Positions 35,328-45,099 are shown, counted from the stretch's first letter. The stretch is DNA of 64,000 nt from a virus (IMGVR_UViG_3300042691_026427:1-64000), one strand, 5' to 3'. The notes: generated from the sequence alone by a model not told the origin. Translations and numbers: made by a program.

Positions 35328-35564
35328 CAGGATGGGTGGAACCGTAATATTTTTTCTGGCCAACTTTCCCCAGTATATCGGTTCAGTTCCTTGGCCCTAT
35401 CCTAACTTGTGTCTGCGTTAGAAAACATATATGTCTTTCCATAAGTCGTCAGTTCCATTAGTGTTATAGTTTATACATTTCTGTATTCCTACTACAGCCT
35501 TTCCACGGGCCACTGTCTACTGCATTTACGGCTTTAGTATTGTTTAAATTGCTGAATCCATCCT
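35328..35564 (-). ncRNA. CAGCA-motif RNA E2 (~240 nt)
   Basis: AGGAUGG-AUU-CAGCAA...CCAUCCU-G; inner GCCGUAA/UUACGGU helix. Confidence 0.75.
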
Positions 35565-35573
35565 AGGATTTAA

Positions 35574-35737
35574 CAGGTTAGTTGTTGACTGCTTTTATTT
35601 TACTCAGGCCATCACTCTGAGCTTGTTGGTCTATTTCAATAGCTACCTTCACAGCACTTGGGCGAACCTTTGTGCTCCAGCGGACTACCATAGGGTCCAA
35701 CGATCCATAGTAATATGAATGTTGCTGTACCTAACCT
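35574..35737 (-). ncRNA. CAGCA-motif RNA E3 (~165 nt)
   Basis: AGGUUAG-GUA-CAGCAA...CUAACCU-G; several inner hairpins. Confidence 0.75.
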
Positions 35738-35761
35738 TAAAAACTTACTGTCTAAGCATTT

Positions 35762-35790
35762 ATTATATAGTAACTTAATTATCTTGTCAA
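35762..35790 (-). promoter_or_regulatory. sigma70 promoter of the E3-E2-E1-DUF2828 unit
   Basis: TTGACA-17-TATAAT. Confidence 0.88.
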
Positions 35791-35817
35791 TACTTTTTTG
35801 GCACTAAAATAGCCAAA

Positions 35818-36588
35818 TTATACACGAATTCCATAAGTTACTACTTGCCACTTATATCCATTCCAGCGACTGTTAACTTTCATTAACGAATTACGTCGAA
35901 TGTCATGAAAAATTGGCACACCTTTTACATCAAAAATCATGCTGTCAACTAGATTAAAAAAGCTACTGGCAACACAATGAATTTCAGATGCATTTTCAAT
36001 GAGCTTTTTATATTGCAACATGTTCTCCGCTTGCCCTGGGCGTACTTCGATAATTTTTTTTGGCTCGAGTCCCCTAGCAGCTCTGTATGTAGGAACATCG
36101 ATAGCAATACCTTCTGGATGATCACTGGCATATCGATGTACCAAAATGTAATCATCAACACCTTCAGTTAACCAAGTGTATAGTTCGTCTGAACCTGTGA
36201 TAGTTTTGGGCATGTGAAAATCTAGATATCTCATTTTGTATGGAATATCCCAATTTTCATATAATTGCTGTTGCCAATGTATTTGTATCTGTTCTAATTC
36301 GCAACCTTTTCTATCAATTTCTTGAGTAATTAAAGGCAAACTTTTTAGATGAATAATATCTGGATTGGCCGTTAAAAAAACATCTTCTTGATCATTGCTG
36401 TAGAATCTCCAAACTTCAATATTTGGATAATCTTGATATAAACATTTGAGTGTTTCAAAATATTCACCTCTAGCCGGATAGTACAATTTTTTGCACATCC
36501 TTGCATAGTGATGCACAATAGGACTCATTACAAATGCATCACCTAATCCTACGCATCTATCAAAAAATAATTTATTAAATTTTGTCAT
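35818..36588 (-). CDS. glycosyltransferase-like protein
   Basis: GLGD, LIENASEIHCVASSF. Confidence 0.55.
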   Translation of the reverse strand: MTKFNKLFFDRCVGLGDAFVMSPIVHHYARMCKKLYYPARGEYFETLKCLYQDYPNIEVWRFYSNDQEDVFLTANPDIIHLKSLPLITQEIDRKGCELEQIQIHWQQQLYENWDIPYKMRYLDFHMPKTITGSDELYTWLTEGVDDYILVHRYASDHPEGIAIDVPTYRAARGLEPKKIIEVRPGQAENMLQYKKLIENASEIHCVASSFFNLVDSMIFDVKGVPIFHDIRRNSLMKVNSRWNGYKWQVVTYGIRV

Positions 36589-37115
36589 TTTTGCCGAATT
36601 TTTAATTTAGTATAAATGTTTTGCACTCCGACGGCCTGGCGAATAGCATCTTGCAAGGCATCGTGTTTACTGCCTTTTGGCATATCAGGATCATATCCTA
36701 GATCAAACAATGTGCGAGTATCACGCAGTTGCCAAAAATTCCAAGGCAAAGGCTTGTTTAATTGTCGATAGATATTTTCAATAATGACCAAGTCGAAGGT
36801 AGCACCGTGACTCCAAAATGCATCACAGCCCCAGGCGAACTTATGGAACTGATCCATAGCATCCACTAACGAAATACGATTGTCCGGACTAAATGCTTCT
36901 TCCATAACTACTGGATCTTGCTTACTCCACCAATCAATTGTGTTGGGATCTATTTCTCTGCCCAACTTGTCTTGATCATCGAGGTCAATACGGAAGTACA
37001 GTTTATCTCCGTATCCGTTGCCCCAGGGATTGAAATGTACAGCACCTAGGCTAAGAACTACTGCGTTTGGGGAAACTGCCATAGTCTCCATATCGATCAT
37101 AAGATGTTTTGTCAT
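36585..37115 (-). CDS. DEDDh 3'-5' exonuclease (exonuclease VIII/RNase AS-like)
   Basis: MIDMET, WSHGATFD, RDTRT, HDALQDA. Confidence 0.85.
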   Translation of the reverse strand: MTKHLMIDMETMAVSPNAVVLSLGAVHFNPWGNGYGDKLYFRIDLDDQDKLGREIDPNTIDWWSKQDPVVMEEAFSPDNRISLVDAMDQFHKFAWGCDAFWSHGATFDLVIIENIYRQLNKPLPWNFWQLRDTRTLFDLGYDPDMPKGSKHDALQDAIRQAVGVQNIYTKLKIRQK

Positions 37116-37146
37116 CTTATCATTATACTATAAACAGGAACAAAAG

Positions 37147-37902
37147 TCAAATTTTAACTTCGTCGGGATAGAGGCAGTATTGCCAATCCAATCTAAATAT
37201 TCTTGGCAAATCGACAAAACTAGGGGGCATATACCTACTGATCAAATGACAAGGTACTGTTTTTGGAAGATACACTTCGGCTAAAATAGGAACAGACGTA
37301 TCTACCGTAATTAATCTACTGCATTTTTCAATGACTTTGATCCAATCAAATACTGAGTATCCTTCTAGTTCTGTCATGTAAATTGCTTTTCCCGGAGGTG
37401 GGCTAATATTGATAACGTGAGAACTGCAATTTTGATTGATTAAGGTATATTCTGTATCGTCTTTAAGATCTAATACGTTATAGAACAAATTGTTTTCTTT
37501 GTCCATATTTCTGTTTATTTTTACATATTGTTGCCAGTCTTGATAATCAACGTCTGCGGCCGAATACTTTCCGGCCATCATATCATTTCTTTCTATAGTA
37601 GAAGGACCACAACTTAGATAAATGAATTCATCTGCTATCACTGGTTTTCGAAACAGTGCATTAGTAGAACCCATTAGATAATAGAATTGCTCAGAAAATT
37701 CAAAAGAATCTTTCAAAGTTCTATTGTTGTTCATTAAAGGAAACGATATCCTTGGTCCTTGGAGGTATGGGACTATCCAGCTGTAAAATTCAAATAACGG
37801 AAATACAATTTTGTATCCTAACTTTCGATAGTGATGCACTACCTTTTGAATGAATATAATATCTCCAACGCCTTGTGGTTGGTAAATGAAACAGGTTTTC
37901 AT
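37147..37902 (-). CDS. glycosyltransferase-like protein
   Basis: QGVGDI, FDWIKVIE..VDTS. Confidence 0.55.
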   Translation of the reverse strand: MKTCFIYQPQGVGDIIFIQKVVHHYRKLGYKIVFPLFEFYSWIVPYLQGPRISFPLMNNNRTLKDSFEFSEQFYYLMGSTNALFRKPVIADEFIYLSCGPSTIERNDMMAGKYSAADVDYQDWQQYVKINRNMDKENNLFYNVLDLKDDTEYTLINQNCSSHVINISPPPGKAIYMTELEGYSVFDWIKVIEKCSRLITVDTSVPILAEVYLPKTVPCHLISRYMPPSFVDLPRIFRLDWQYCLYPDEVKI

Positions 37903-37905
37903 CTA

Positions 37906-38139
37906 TTAAAATAGTTTCTTTGGTAAGCTATCAGCTTCTAATTTTTTAAGCCAGCGAGCTCTTGCAGCTCCCTTTTTACGTTTTTTTTCAGTTGTGGGCT
38001 TTTCGTAGGCAGTTCTTTTAATGATGTCAATCAACTTGTTGCTTTCGTCGACTTTCTTCTTAAATTTACGTAGTGCAGAAACAATATTACCGTCTCGTAC
38101 CTCTACAGTAATGCCCTTTTTATGATAGTTTTTTGTCAT
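37906..38139 (-). CDS. rpsU: ribosomal protein bS21
   Basis: ALRKFKKKV, YEKPT..KRKK..ARAR. Confidence 0.88.
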   Translation of the reverse strand: MTKNYHKKGITVEVRDGNIVSALRKFKKKVDESNKLIDIIKRTAYEKPTTEKKRKKGAARARWLKKLEADSLPKKLF

Positions 38140-39358
38140 TCGTTTTATCAAAAATTAATTTTGCAGCGTTTCCTTCAACTGCTGATTTACTTATAATAAT
38201 TTTGGAAAGACCGCGCTCAACGAGATTAATTGCATCAAATTGATAGGGCAACAATATCTTTTCTAAAATATTTTTTAAACCTCTTGCATTGGTTTTTAAA
38301 CTTTTAGATTTTTCTGCAATGGCACTAAACGCTTCGTCGTCAAAATCTAAATTAATTCCGTCAATGTCGAACATATATTGGTACTGACGAGTTAAACTAT
38401 TTTTAGGTTCTTTTAGAATTTTTACCAGTTGTTCTGTGCTAAGTTCTTCAACACTGGTAATGATTCCAAATCTTCCTACAAATTCCGGAATCATGCCATA
38501 GGTAATTAAGTCTTTTGTTATGACATCGCTGTAATTTAATGCAGAATCGTCTTTAGCATTAACTTTACTATTAAATCCTATACTAGTGCCGGTGTTCTTT
38601 CGTTTTTCAATAATTTTATCAAGACCTACAAATGCGCCGCCGCATATGAATAAAATTCCCCTAGTGTCAATTTCGATAATATCGCCCCTAGGGCTTTTTC
38701 GTTTGTCACTAGCTGGGACTCTGCTAATAGTACCCTCGACCATTTTTAGCAAAGCCTGTTGTACGCCTTCTCCACTAACATCTCTAGTTATACTAGTGCT
38801 TTCGCCTTTTCTAGAAATCTTATCAATTTCATCAATGTAAACGATTCCACGTTGAGCTTTTTCTACATCACCGTCTGCAGATGCCAATAATCTAACCAAT
38901 ACACTTTCTACATCGTCCCCTACGTAACCAGCTTCAGTTAATCCAGTAGCATCGCAGATAGCAAACGGAATTTCTAAATAGTCTGCCAATTTTCTAGCAA
39001 GAAATGTTTTGCCGCAGCCAGTAGGACCCAACATCAACACATTGGTCTTTTCTAGATCAATGTCTTTGTTGGGATGATTGATTCTTTTAAAATGTTGACA
39101 TACTGCAACACTTAGGGCAATCTTTGCCTCATCTTGCCCAATAATGTACTCATCTAAGTAATCTTTTATTTTACTGGGATTATAAACTGACTTAGTTTCG
39201 TCAATTGGAAACTTCTTAACTTTTTCGTCTTTTAGTATATCCACACATAGATCTATGCAGTCATTACATATGGCGCTTTGATCACTAACAATTAGTTTTT
39301 CAACATCCTGTTTGCTTTTTCCACAAAAATCACAGTGGTGTTCATTGTTCTGTTTCAC
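38120..39358 (-). CDS. clpX: Clp protease ATPase subunit
   Basis: N-terminal C4 zinc finger, GPTGCGKT, EAGYVGDDVE, DVSGEGVQQALLK, IGF loop. Confidence 0.96.
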   Translation of the reverse strand: MKQNNEHHCDFCGKSKQDVEKLIVSDQSAICNDCIDLCVDILKDEKVKKFPIDETKSVYNPSKIKDYLDEYIIGQDEAKIALSVAVCQHFKRINHPNKDIDLEKTNVLMLGPTGCGKTFLARKLADYLEIPFAICDATGLTEAGYVGDDVESVLVRLLASADGDVEKAQRGIVYIDEIDKISRKGESTSITRDVSGEGVQQALLKMVEGTISRVPASDKRKSPRGDIIEIDTRGILFICGGAFVGLDKIIEKRKNTGTSIGFNSKVNAKDDSALNYSDVITKDLITYGMIPEFVGRFGIITSVEELSTEQLVKILKEPKNSLTRQYQYMFDIDGINLDFDDEAFSAIAEKSKSLKTNARGLKNILEKILLPYQFDAINLVERGLSKIIISKSAVEGNAAKLIFDKTNDKKLS

Positions 39359-39740
39359 CGATCGCTCTTTCTAAAAATTCCTTGACACTGTTTAATCTAT
39401 TTTGATTAATGTGGCCATACACTGCTTGTTTGTTTTTATCGCTGGTAGAATAAAATGTATTAGTTTTTCCTAAAACATATCCGGCCAGCATGTCAATCAT
39501 AGGTGCCGCGTTATCAAGGTTAATATACTTATGACTAGAGGATGCCATGGCGTGAAAAAACCAAACAACGTTTGGTTCTTTCTGTATAAAATAGATGTTG
39601 AGATCTATATCTCTTTTACAATCTGCCAACCACTTAGTGGCTTCATCTTGTTCGCTATCTGATATGTTGATTAGAAAAATGCTGGGACTGTCATTTTCAA
39701 AAATATCAGGTGGGGTTACTAGGGTTATTGTTAGGCTCAT
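39342..39740 (-). CDS. hypothetical protein
   Basis: ORF within operon. Confidence 0.7.
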   Translation of the reverse strand: MSLTITLVTPPDIFENDSPSIFLINISDSEQDEATKWLADCKRDIDLNIYFIQKEPNVVWFFHAMASSSHKYINLDNAAPMIDMLAGYVLGKTNTFYSTSDKNKQAVYGHINQNRLNSVKEFLERAIGETEQ

Positions 39741-41154
39741 TTTTATCTTTTTCTAATTTTAATCTGTATTCTTGTTCTGTAATTACTTTGTTCCAGATTC
39801 CGCTTTCTGTCTGCTCTTCATTCTGGACATAATTTGAAACTAGGTGTTTTGGGCCATACATGTCTTTGGCTGCTCGAACGTTCATTCTTTCCCCTTTGAT
39901 AGTAATGTATCCGTCTGGCGGCAATTTATCCCATTCTATTTGAGATATTTCATCATCCTGCGGTGCTACATAATTAACGGGACGTTCTGCATCTGGAATT
40001 TTAGTTTGTGTTAAACTACTATCTTCGTTTAGTATCTCTGTAGCTATAGGATCAACGTTAGTTTCTTCCGATTTATATACCATTGGCTTCAAATTTTTAA
40101 AATGTGCAAATGGTTGATTTAGATAGGGATTCTGTTCTAATATAGATTTTTCTTTTTCTGTATTTCTAGCAATGCTGTCGGGAAACATCCAGCCAGGAAT
40201 GTGAGGATTTTGAGATTTCGTGACAGTGGGTTGTTCTTCAACTATGTCAATAGAGCCCTTTGGGCTGTCACCCTCCGTAATTTCTTCAAACGTTGGGAAC
40301 AGATCATCGTCCTTTAGTTCTTCTGATGTAGGTTTTTCTCCTACATCGGCAATCCAAGCATCGGGTTTGTTTACTTCACGCTCTCGGAAGTTTTGGAAAC
40401 TGATCTGACTAGACAGTAGTAGTATAACGGCCAGTGGATCGAATACCACAATAAGAACAATAATTACCCACGTGACTGCTTTTTCCAATATTGTAGGATC
40501 TGTTTCGCCGTAGACAAAGGCCGCAATATATTTTATCGGACCTACTTCTGCTTCGACTTTACGTACCTCAGCGGCAATAGGCGCCCTCTCTTCAGATAAC
40601 TGACTAATAGTTTTCTGTTCGGCTGCGATCTCAGTTTGGATACGAGCACGTTCTTTTTGTTGTGCTCTTCGAATTGCAACTGCTTTGTCAGCACCTTTTT
40701 CATCTTGGCTTCGGCCCATGACTTGGTCCACAGCCTCATCCATCTGTTTAAGCGCCCTACGGTTCGCATCTATATTGTCCTTTGCTGTTTTAATCTTTTC
40801 ATCGTAGACTGCAATCTTACTCAGCACATCGCCTGACACTAAACTTTGGTCACTGTGCGCCTTTGACAGAAATCCAAAGATACCCATTGAAGTGATCAAC
40901 ATCAATACTGCAATGGCAGATAGTAGATATGACCGAATGGTCCAAGGTGCAATAGACCAATTTTGTTTTAGCCATAAGGTAGCAGTGATCTTACCTACAC
41001 CTAGTGCAATCCCCATGATTACCACTGACCAAGGAGCGGCAGAGAAAATGGCCATGAGGCCCAGAATACTATAGTACTCTGCTACAATTGACAGCGTGAT
41101 ACCGCTGACTAATGCTAGATAGGCGAGAAACTTTTCATTTAATGTTGGCTGCAT
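39706..41154 (-). CDS. multi-TM coiled-coil membrane protein
   Basis: three N-terminal TMs, TSMGIFGFLSKAH, coiled coil, VFDPLAV. Confidence 0.75.
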   Translation of the reverse strand: MQPTLNEKFLAYLALVSGITLSIVAEYYSILGLMAIFSAAPWSVVIMGIALGVGKITATLWLKQNWSIAPWTIRSYLLSAIAVLMLITSMGIFGFLSKAHSDQSLVSGDVLSKIAVYDEKIKTAKDNIDANRRALKQMDEAVDQVMGRSQDEKGADKAVAIRRAQQKERARIQTEIAAEQKTISQLSEERAPIAAEVRKVEAEVGPIKYIAAFVYGETDPTILEKAVTWVIIVLIVVFDPLAVILLLSSQISFQNFREREVNKPDAWIADVGEKPTSEELKDDDLFPTFEEITEGDSPKGSIDIVEEQPTVTKSQNPHIPGWMFPDSIARNTEKEKSILEQNPYLNQPFAHFKNLKPMVYKSEETNVDPIATEILNEDSSLTQTKIPDAERPVNYVAPQDDEISQIEWDKLPPDGYITIKGERMNVRAAKDMYGPKHLVSNYVQNEEQTESGIWNKVITEQEYRLKLEKDKNEPNNNPSNPT

Positions 41155-41163
41155 GGAGAGTAT

Positions 41164-41556
41164 TTATCGACGCATGTTGGCAATGGCCACAGCTTCTTCG
41201 TCGCTAAAAATAGGCACAGCGTTTGACTTGTGCATAGTACCAATGCCTTTAATTTTATCGCCAGTATAAACCTTAGCCGGTGCCAAGGCAGCAACTCCTG
41301 CACCGGAGTTGAGACTAGGAATATGATTTGAAGTTGCGCGGCCTACTGGTGCTGACAATTGGTAAGACAATGGCTCAGCAGACAGGGCTCGTTTGCGCTT
41401 TTTATCTTCTGCCTCCACTTCCCACTTTTTCTGTAGTTCCTTCCATGACTCATCGAGTTCACGTGCTTTGCGAGCTTCGTCAGCATTGCGGAATTTAACC
41501 TTGCCCTTTTTCTTGCCGTTAAGACTAAGGCTGGGATGGTGTAGATGCATTGTCAT
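41164..41556 (-). CDS. conserved-looking phage hypothetical protein
   Basis: YTG..GIGTMHKSNAVPIF. Confidence 0.75.
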   Translation of the reverse strand: MTMHLHHPSLSLNGKKKGKVKFRNADEARKARELDESWKELQKKWEVEAEDKKRKRALSAEPLSYQLSAPVGRATSNHIPSLNSGAGVAALAPAKVYTGDKIKGIGTMHKSNAVPIFSDEEAVAIANMRR

Positions 41557-41810
41557 TCTTCGTCCTTTAGTTGATCTCGAAACAAGGATAGTTGATCAAT
41601 AAGATGTTGAACCCCTAGTTTGGTCATTGTAATCTCATGCAACCCCATACTAAATGCAAGCCTGTTCTCATTGGTAACACCCAATCGATAAAAGACCGTT
41701 GCCGGTTTTTCTGGTTCAGGCCTGGGCGGCACAATGTAGGGAACTTTTTCCGGGAATGGAACGACATTGTCGGACATGCCTTTTCCCTTATTTTTAAACC
41801 AATCAAACAT
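41553..41810 (-). CDS. hypothetical protein
   Basis: coupled ORF; NVVPFP motif. Confidence 0.65.
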   Translation of the reverse strand: MFDWFKNKGKGMSDNVVPFPEKVPYIVPPRPEPEKPATVFYRLGVTNENRLAFSMGLHEITMTKLGVQHLIDQLSLFRDQLKDEE

Positions 41811-42138
41811 GAACTTCTTCTAGTTTAGGAAAGTTAATAGGACTAGCAGTATTCGAAACGTGTGGCTCAAATGTTTTTTGGATCTTGCTGGGAATGCCCG
41901 TAAATCGAGCTACTGTACCGTTAGGGTTAATTTTCAGCGAGCCGGCGACTACCCAAATTTGTTTTCCGCTAGCATCAACTCCTGCTAACTTTCGTACTAC
42001 TCCATTGATCAGGCCAGTAGGGGTATCCTTACCGCGAGTCCATTGATAATGTGTATCTTTGTTAAACCAAATTTGCTCGGCACCGGATTGTGCGATGCAC
42101 CAAAGTTTCAATTGTGTAAGTGTGTATTCAGCGTTCAT
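41803..42138 (-). CDS. hypothetical protein
   Basis: AGGAGG SD; promoter TTGACA-17-TATACT at 42159-42187. Confidence 0.75.
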   Translation of the reverse strand: MNAEYTLTQLKLWCIAQSGAEQIWFNKDTHYQWTRGKDTPTGLINGVVRKLAGVDASGKQIWVVAGSLKINPNGTVARFTGIPSKIQKTFEPHVSNTASPINFPKLEEVHV

Positions 42139-42203
42139 TATGAACCTCCTATTGCATTAGTATACAACAATAAGGAGGTTTTGTCAACAACTGATTTTAC
42201 CAT

Positions 42204-43421
42204 TTATGTAATGTTTGGATCAACTGGAGTTGTTGCTTTTAAAATTAATGGTGCAACAGCTTTGGTAGTTTCTAAAATATCAGGTTTAACAGTGCTTTCA
42301 AATAATGCCTTCTGTTCTGGGTTAGTAATACCAACGTAGGTATTAGAAATTAATCCTATATCATCTAATGAATTTTGAGCTTTTAAAGATACTAAAATAT
42401 TTTGTTGATCTGATTGGACTTGTAACTTAATAGCGTTACCGGCAGTTTCTACAGATGCAGCAGCAGCGTCAAATTGTTCTTTAAAGAAATCGAAACTATC
42501 TATCAATACAGCCTGATCAGCAAGTGATAATGAATTAAGGCCTAATTCTGCAATTTCTGGATTTGTCGTAGGAATAGTACCTCCCAACCCGTCATCTATA
42601 TTAACTACTGGATACTTCAATGCTGATGATTTTCTCAAATTTAATAATTCTTTTTCTAATTGATCTTTTGCTTCGACTAAGTCTTTATATAGATCAGGCC
42701 TTGCCAGGGTTCCGACTAATGATGTTAAGGTTGGTACATCACCGATTCCGAGATACTCGGCCATAAATTTAGTATGACTACTGTTAACAATATCGAATGC
42801 ATCAGTTAATTTAAAATCACCAGTTCCTAGTGTTAGTTCATTTGACCAACCTTTGGCCTTATCAATGGCACCAGTAACTACGCTACCTAATTTTGTTAAG
42901 CCTGCACCAAATTGCCCTGATAATGAAGGATCATCTGCATACAAGGCTTGCAGTCCTGATAATTTACTAATGTCACCATTGAGTGCAGCTTTTGCACCGT
43001 CTAGTACATCTCCTATAGGATTAATAAAGTTATCAGTGACAGACTGTAGTCCACCTTCCACTGTTGTTTTAAATGCAGCTAAATTGCCACCCTCCGGAAT
43101 TAATCCATCGATACCTGTTTTTAAACTGTTTACAGCATCACCGGCGGATTTGGCTAGTGCTCTTGCTGGTTCAGACAGTTCTTTTGGTAGGGTATCAAGG
43201 AATTTATTAAGTCCCGCAGTGCCGCCTTTGATAAATTCAAATCCGCCCAGTGCTGCTTGAATTCCCAGTTGCGTTAAACCTGCTTGCAACATTTCTCCAA
43301 AACTGGATTTACGTACAGCTGGTTGTCCGTCAATTTCAACACTGTTGCTGGGTCGTGTTTTATTTTGTCCATACCACGTTTTAAACGCAGCTATCATTTG
43401 GGGATAAGTTACGTTAGCCAT
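42204..43421 (-). CDS. hypothetical protein (possibly virion)
   Basis: 405-aa ORF, Ala/Gly-rich helical. Confidence 0.7.
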   Translation of the reverse strand: MANVTYPQMIAAFKTWYGQNKTRPSNSVEIDGQPAVRKSSFGEMLQAGLTQLGIQAALGGFEFIKGGTAGLNKFLDTLPKELSEPARALAKSAGDAVNSLKTGIDGLIPEGGNLAAFKTTVEGGLQSVTDNFINPIGDVLDGAKAALNGDISKLSGLQALYADDPSLSGQFGAGLTKLGSVVTGAIDKAKGWSNELTLGTGDFKLTDAFDIVNSSHTKFMAEYLGIGDVPTLTSLVGTLARPDLYKDLVEAKDQLEKELLNLRKSSALKYPVVNIDDGLGGTIPTTNPEIAELGLNSLSLADQAVLIDSFDFFKEQFDAAAASVETAGNAIKLQVQSDQQNILVSLKAQNSLDDIGLISNTYVGITNPEQKALFESTVKPDILETTKAVAPLILKATTPVDPNIT

Positions 43422-43424
43422 AGA

Positions 43425-43712
43425 TTATACCAATGCAATGCCAGTGGTGCCCTGCATATACTGATCAGCAGCGTCTTTCTTTGCGGGCATAACAATAAAC
43501 ACATGCTCTCTTTTTAGAGTCATTGTTTCCTTTGAACCTAGGAACACCCAGGGAATCATTCCTAGGCCACCACCGCTCATTGTAAGAGCCAACGGGCGAT
43601 TGATAGTATATCCATCATGGTTATCCTTTTCTAAACGTGCAATGAGTTCATCACCGTTGATTAATTTGATACTGACTACGTCCCCTTCGGACATTGGTTT
43701 TTCGATTAACAT
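43425..43712 (-). CDS. small Sm-like-fold phage protein
   Basis: VSIKLINGDELIA pattern. Confidence 0.6.
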   Translation of the reverse strand: MLIEKPMSEGDVVSIKLINGDELIARLEKDNHDGYTINRPLALTMSGGGLGMIPWVFLGSKETMTLKREHVFIVMPAKKDAADQYMQGTTGIALV

Positions 43713-44099
43713 TTATAATTCTCCTGATTGTGCTAACTTTAACATTAGACTGTATTGTTCGTATGCCTTACGTACTGCTGGGTATTTGCTTCTTAACTGT
43801 TGTTCTTGTTCTTTTTGTTCCATAAGAGTTTCAAACAATCTGTAGTGCCCAGTTTCTTTCATGTTGTTAAACACTTGATTTTCAAACCCTGCAATTCGAG
43901 TCAGTTCGCTTTCACTGATTTCAACAGTGTAAAGAGTTTCGGTTTCAAACGTCAGGTGGTCCTGCATAAACTTGTTATAGTCATTGGCATAATGAAACAG
44001 TGCTACATTAGCTTTGGTATGCCTGTGAGCACGTTTGTCTGAGTTAATCACTCTAATACCGTGCTCATTGCAAAATTTCTGCGTTGTTATATCTACCAT
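43713..44099 (-). CDS. hypothetical protein
   Basis: PAVRKAYEQY C-terminal motif. Confidence 0.7.
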   Translation of the reverse strand: MVDITTQKFCNEHGIRVINSDKRAHRHTKANVALFHYANDYNKFMQDHLTFETETLYTVEISESELTRIAGFENQVFNNMKETGHYRLFETLMEQKEQEQQLRSKYPAVRKAYEQYSLMLKLAQSGEL

Positions 44100-44281
44100 T
44101 ACGATCTTCCTATAGCAGATGCAAGTTGATTCATTTCTGATTTTCTACGACTGTTTTCACGTTCTAGAAAGTTAACACGATTTTCTAATTCCTTAACATA
44201 TCTTTCAGTTATTCTAAGTTGTTGCAGAATTTTTTCTATGTCAATTTGTTCTTTACTTTTCGGCGGAATCATTTGAATCAT
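44099..44281 (-). CDS. small coiled-coil protein
   Basis: coupled ORF. Confidence 0.55.
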   Translation of the reverse strand: MIQMIPPKSKEQIDIEKILQQLRITERYVKELENRVNFLERENSRRKSEMNQLASAIGRS

Positions 44282-44696
44282 CTCCGATCAATCTTTCTAG
44301 CATTTTGTAATTGTCGTATGCTTTTTTCAATGCGGCAAACTTTTCTAGTTTCGCAGGATCTGGATCTTGCAAGATAGCTAACCTGTCTTCAATCTTTTTC
44401 AAGGTACTAGCAATGTTTGAGCCTTTGATAGTAACATCGCCATCAAACACAGCATTACTGGTAACATGTAGACCGGCACTGCCATTGGTTATACTGCTTG
44501 GCCAAGCGGTGCTGCTAGTACCCCAAGATACACCAATTGATCCGGTTGCTCCGGTCTGGAGCATCGATCCGGTTGCTCCAGTAGCAATACTATACGTTTG
44601 ATTTGTAGGACTGGAAAACATATAGTTACTGGATGTAATACTACTGGTATCTATACTAAGTGTATCTATGTCGATTGTGATATCTTTGTCATCCAT
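44253..44696 (-). CDS. hypothetical protein
   Basis: S/T/G-rich N-terminus; IEDRLAIL..LKKAYDNY. Confidence 0.7.
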   Translation of the reverse strand: MDDKDITIDIDTLSIDTSSITSSNYMFSSPTNQTYSIATGATGSMLQTGATGSIGVSWGTSSTAWPSSITNGSAGLHVTSNAVFDGDVTIKGSNIASTLKKIEDRLAILQDPDPAKLEKFAALKKAYDNYKMLERLIGDDSNDSAEK

Positions 44697-44913
44697 TTAG
44701 TTTGACCTTAAGTTCTGTATATCCGCCTATTAGTTCTTCATCTAAAAAGATTTGTGGAACTGACCGTGCATCGGGCACGGCTTCTAATAATTCTTCTTTT
44801 GTATATCCATCTCCGATTTTCCTTTCTTCGAATTCAATACCGTGTTGTTTTAATAATGCCTTTGCTTGATCACAAACAGGGCAGTGATATTTTGACCATA
44901 CTACAGCTTTCAT
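44689..44913 (-). CDS. glutaredoxin
   Basis: CPVC, SVPQIF, IGGY. Confidence 0.93.
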   Translation of the reverse strand: MKAVVWSKYHCPVCDQAKALLKQHGIEFEERKIGDGYTKEELLEAVPDARSVPQIFLDEELIGGYTELKVKLNG

Positions 44914-44915
44914 TT

Positions 44916-45089
44916 TTAATCACCTCTTTCAATTTCTACAGTAATTCCGCTACCAAGTAATTCTGTTGCCACTTGCTCTAATGAATTTAAAAACTCGTTG
45001 TCAGCTAACAGGATATCGGACGTATCTTCTTTATTCTTTAACAATTTACTTACTCTTAGTATTACTATTTCTTCTATAACTTTGGCCAT
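44916..45089 (-). CDS. hypothetical protein
   Basis: GAGGAG SD before MAKVIEE. Confidence 0.65.
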   Translation of the reverse strand: MAKVIEEIVILRVSKLLKNKEDTSDILLADNEFLNSLEQVATELLGSGITVEIERGD

Positions 45090-45099
45090 TGTTAACTCC

